Source of the DNA: Tubiluchus corallicola
Lineage: Eukaryota; Animalia; Priapulida
Reading direction: 5' to 3'
Assembly: GCA_030141605.1 (NCBI GenBank)
Contig: JAQGDQ010000331.1
Location: 124,001-188,000, forward strand
DNA length: 64,000 nt
This document shows positions 61,380 through 64,000 of this stretch, in pieces; within the stretch, counting starts at the first letter, position 1, and each line of letters opens with the position of its first letter. Below the pieces are notes generated by a model. It saw nothing but the letters and a program-made list of their open reading frames with translations, did no database searches and was not told the DNA's origin. Both the position numbers and the translations under genes were made by a program.

Positions 61380-64000
61380 GTAACGATATCATTTCTAGTT
61401 TGCATTAAATGAATTCAGATCTAGTGATTCGTTGACTTACTAGTGAACATTTAATTGACGCCTTTCTCCTTCAAGGAAACTCAAATCACTAAATCTGGAT
61501 TGCGTTTAAAAAGAACAATCAGCTTACATTGATTTTGACTTTCCTTGCTCATTAAAATGTAAATGTTTTTGAAATATAAAACATAGTTGAAATTTTGACG
61601 AAGAAAATAAGCCAATGATCAGATGGTTTTGGTGCATCGAAAGCTTTTAACCTTCATTTTATAAGTTGTACTTTTGTGATTTTTCGTTGTGTTAAAAGAT
61701 TTTATGAGCGCTCAGAGTAGATATCAACTACGTCTGTATCATGTAATTCACGTAATGTTTATGTTTACGTCTGCATGTCTGCGGTAGGTATTGCAAAACA
61801 TCATGCAGTTTCCGCTAAAATACTGAATGAGGCTCTGTACTCAGGTGGTTTGAGTTTGAACTACACATAGAATGCAGAAATATAGCAAAAATTGTTTGCA
61901 AATCGTGAATAGTGCGCATATCAGGCAAACTGTACTCTAATTGCTAAACTGTAAGGTATCCTAGGAAAAAACGTCGTTAGTTACGTTTGTGAAACGTAAA
62001 TATTACATTGTCATAATTCACAGCATATATAACAAAGTAATTAACAACAAAAAGAGACATCCAAAGTGGTTATGATAATAAAAAACAGTGCAAATGCTTT
62101 TTATTTTATGACACATTTTCAAGAACACAATGAATAATGTTTGCTTTACCACCATGAGCTGAGTGCGTGTTTAAAACAAATACTGTTTTCTAATCACATC
62201 AACTTTTTCACTTGTGATTTCAATTTAATAAATTATGTTGAATCTACAGGCTTTTCAGCTTGCTGTATACCATTGTATCTACTTAATAAAAATAAATACT
62301 TATCGTTTATGTAGGCGATGCAGTAATTTCGTTCATATTAATTTTAAGTTAGTTATTCTAATTCCTGGCTGAATAATGGCAGATGTTTAGCTGCTGTTGC
62401 TGTTACCAGCTGTATGCTTTGTCTAATTTGAAGACGCTAACCAGTCGGGTCGGTGGACATTAATTGATTCTATTGTCGTATAGTTCAGGTCAAAGGTTTG
62501 CAATTAATACTCTGCGCATAGAATAGTAGTTCTTCTTTTCCAATGTTGAATGAAACACCATTGTCATCAAATCTAGGTTTATCTGTTTTCATAGACGATT
62601 TGTACAGTTTATACGTGAGAAACTGCGACAATCATAGATTAAGCGAAAATTTTAAGTGTAAGACCTATTTACTACTAATTGACTTTTTCAGTGTAGTAAA
62701 GTGATTGAGAACTGGTGAGCGATTAGAGCGCTTACAGATTAAAGCGATTTATATATCGTATTATTTGGTTTAAATTATTTTAATTGATGAACCAGCATGT
62801 GGACCAATGTAGCATATCATTTTTTATACAAACAAGTTTTTAGAACGCAAAAAGAATAATAGCTTATAAAGCTATAGGTCGTTGAGCGCGTTAGTGCCCC
62901 GTAATCTTCCGTTTGGCCATCATGTTGTTAAAAGACCAAACTTAAACAGACTCATGTCATGAGACTGGAGGTCAGAATTTCTTTGTTGGTGGTTTGTTTT
63001 TGTGCTAAGTTTCGCGACGGTCAAACTGTGCAAATGTTGATTGTACAAGGTTGTTTGTGTAAAGCACGCTAATGTCGCTGACTTAACGCAAATCGAAATC
63101 ATATACCTTGCAGTAAGATATGTTAGGTAAATATAGAACAGTGTTTTGACAGTAAGTACTTAAGCAGAATTTATAAAGCCAAGTTCCGCAACAATATCTA
63201 GAGTACTCGAAATCTGTAACAGATTTCGCCAAATTTGGTCCGAAATCACTAACTGAAATAGATCAGCTTCTTATTAAAAATTCGAAAAGTTAAAACCACG
63301 TTTTTGGAACAGACGCCATGGACAAAAATGTTTATTAGTTTATTGCTTTGTTGTATAATGCACTTTGTTCAAATTTCTATATTTATCTAGATCGGCATGC
63401 AATATTATGTAATATGATTGTACGCCTTTAAATTTTGACGCTAACATTTTTCTTGTTACACAACATTTTCTTAATTCTACCGTTGTAAACATTCTCCTTT
63501 AATATTGGAGGTATGACAGTATTTTGTTGATGTGTCTGCTTTTGACTAATTGATCAGTCAGCGTGCCAAAGTATGTTGACAACAAATATTGCAGTTTTAA
63601 GCCAGTCTTTTTGAGAAGGCCAATAAATATATAATAAGCAAAGTGACGAAACATTTTATAGCAGCTTTTAAAAATAAATTGTAAATAACAGTACATGTAT
63701 CCTCAGGATTCTGTAATTATTGTATCAAATTATTTAAGAAAATAAACACTTAATCAATGATACATTTTATCAGTCTCGTTTTTGTTAAGAAATGTATGCC
63801 CCTTAACTTACACGAAAATAGATTTGTGGTATCGCCAGCCTTCCGTGATAGTATAACCAGTTATGCAGTAATGACTTTTGATCAACAGATCCTTCGTAGT
63901 TTGTAAGACACTTACGTAAAGTAGATCTGTTAAGGTCTGGACCTGCTAATGTGCCACGAGTCAAGTGGGTTTTAAAGATCCTTACTATGTAATGTGCACA

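Overview
AT-rich, intron-rich eukaryotic DNA, most likely from an invertebrate animal; the taxon cannot be fixed from sequence alone. The window opens with the 3' part of an L2/CR1-group LINE (1-~2280). A large + strand dihydropyrimidinase/CRMP (unc-33-like) gene follows (~7634-29022). It keeps all metal-binding residues, has four candidate alternative phase-0 first coding exons and has two paralogous alternative last exons. Inside its first long intron, on the opposite strand, lie two tandem genes for secreted nicotinic-receptor ligand-binding-domain-only (AChBP-like) proteins. Both lack the Cys-loop cysteines, and one has also lost loop C and gained an RF/FDR-repeat N-terminal insert. A convergent 14-exon USP44/USP49-like deubiquitinase lies on the - strand (44547-32112). 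Several hAT and Tc1/pogo-type non-autonomous elements, tRNA-like repeats and microsatellites are scattered through the window, plus candidate first exons of an unidentified + strand gene (47306, 61173). All exon models were read by hand from GT-AG sites and frame continuity; no database search was run.
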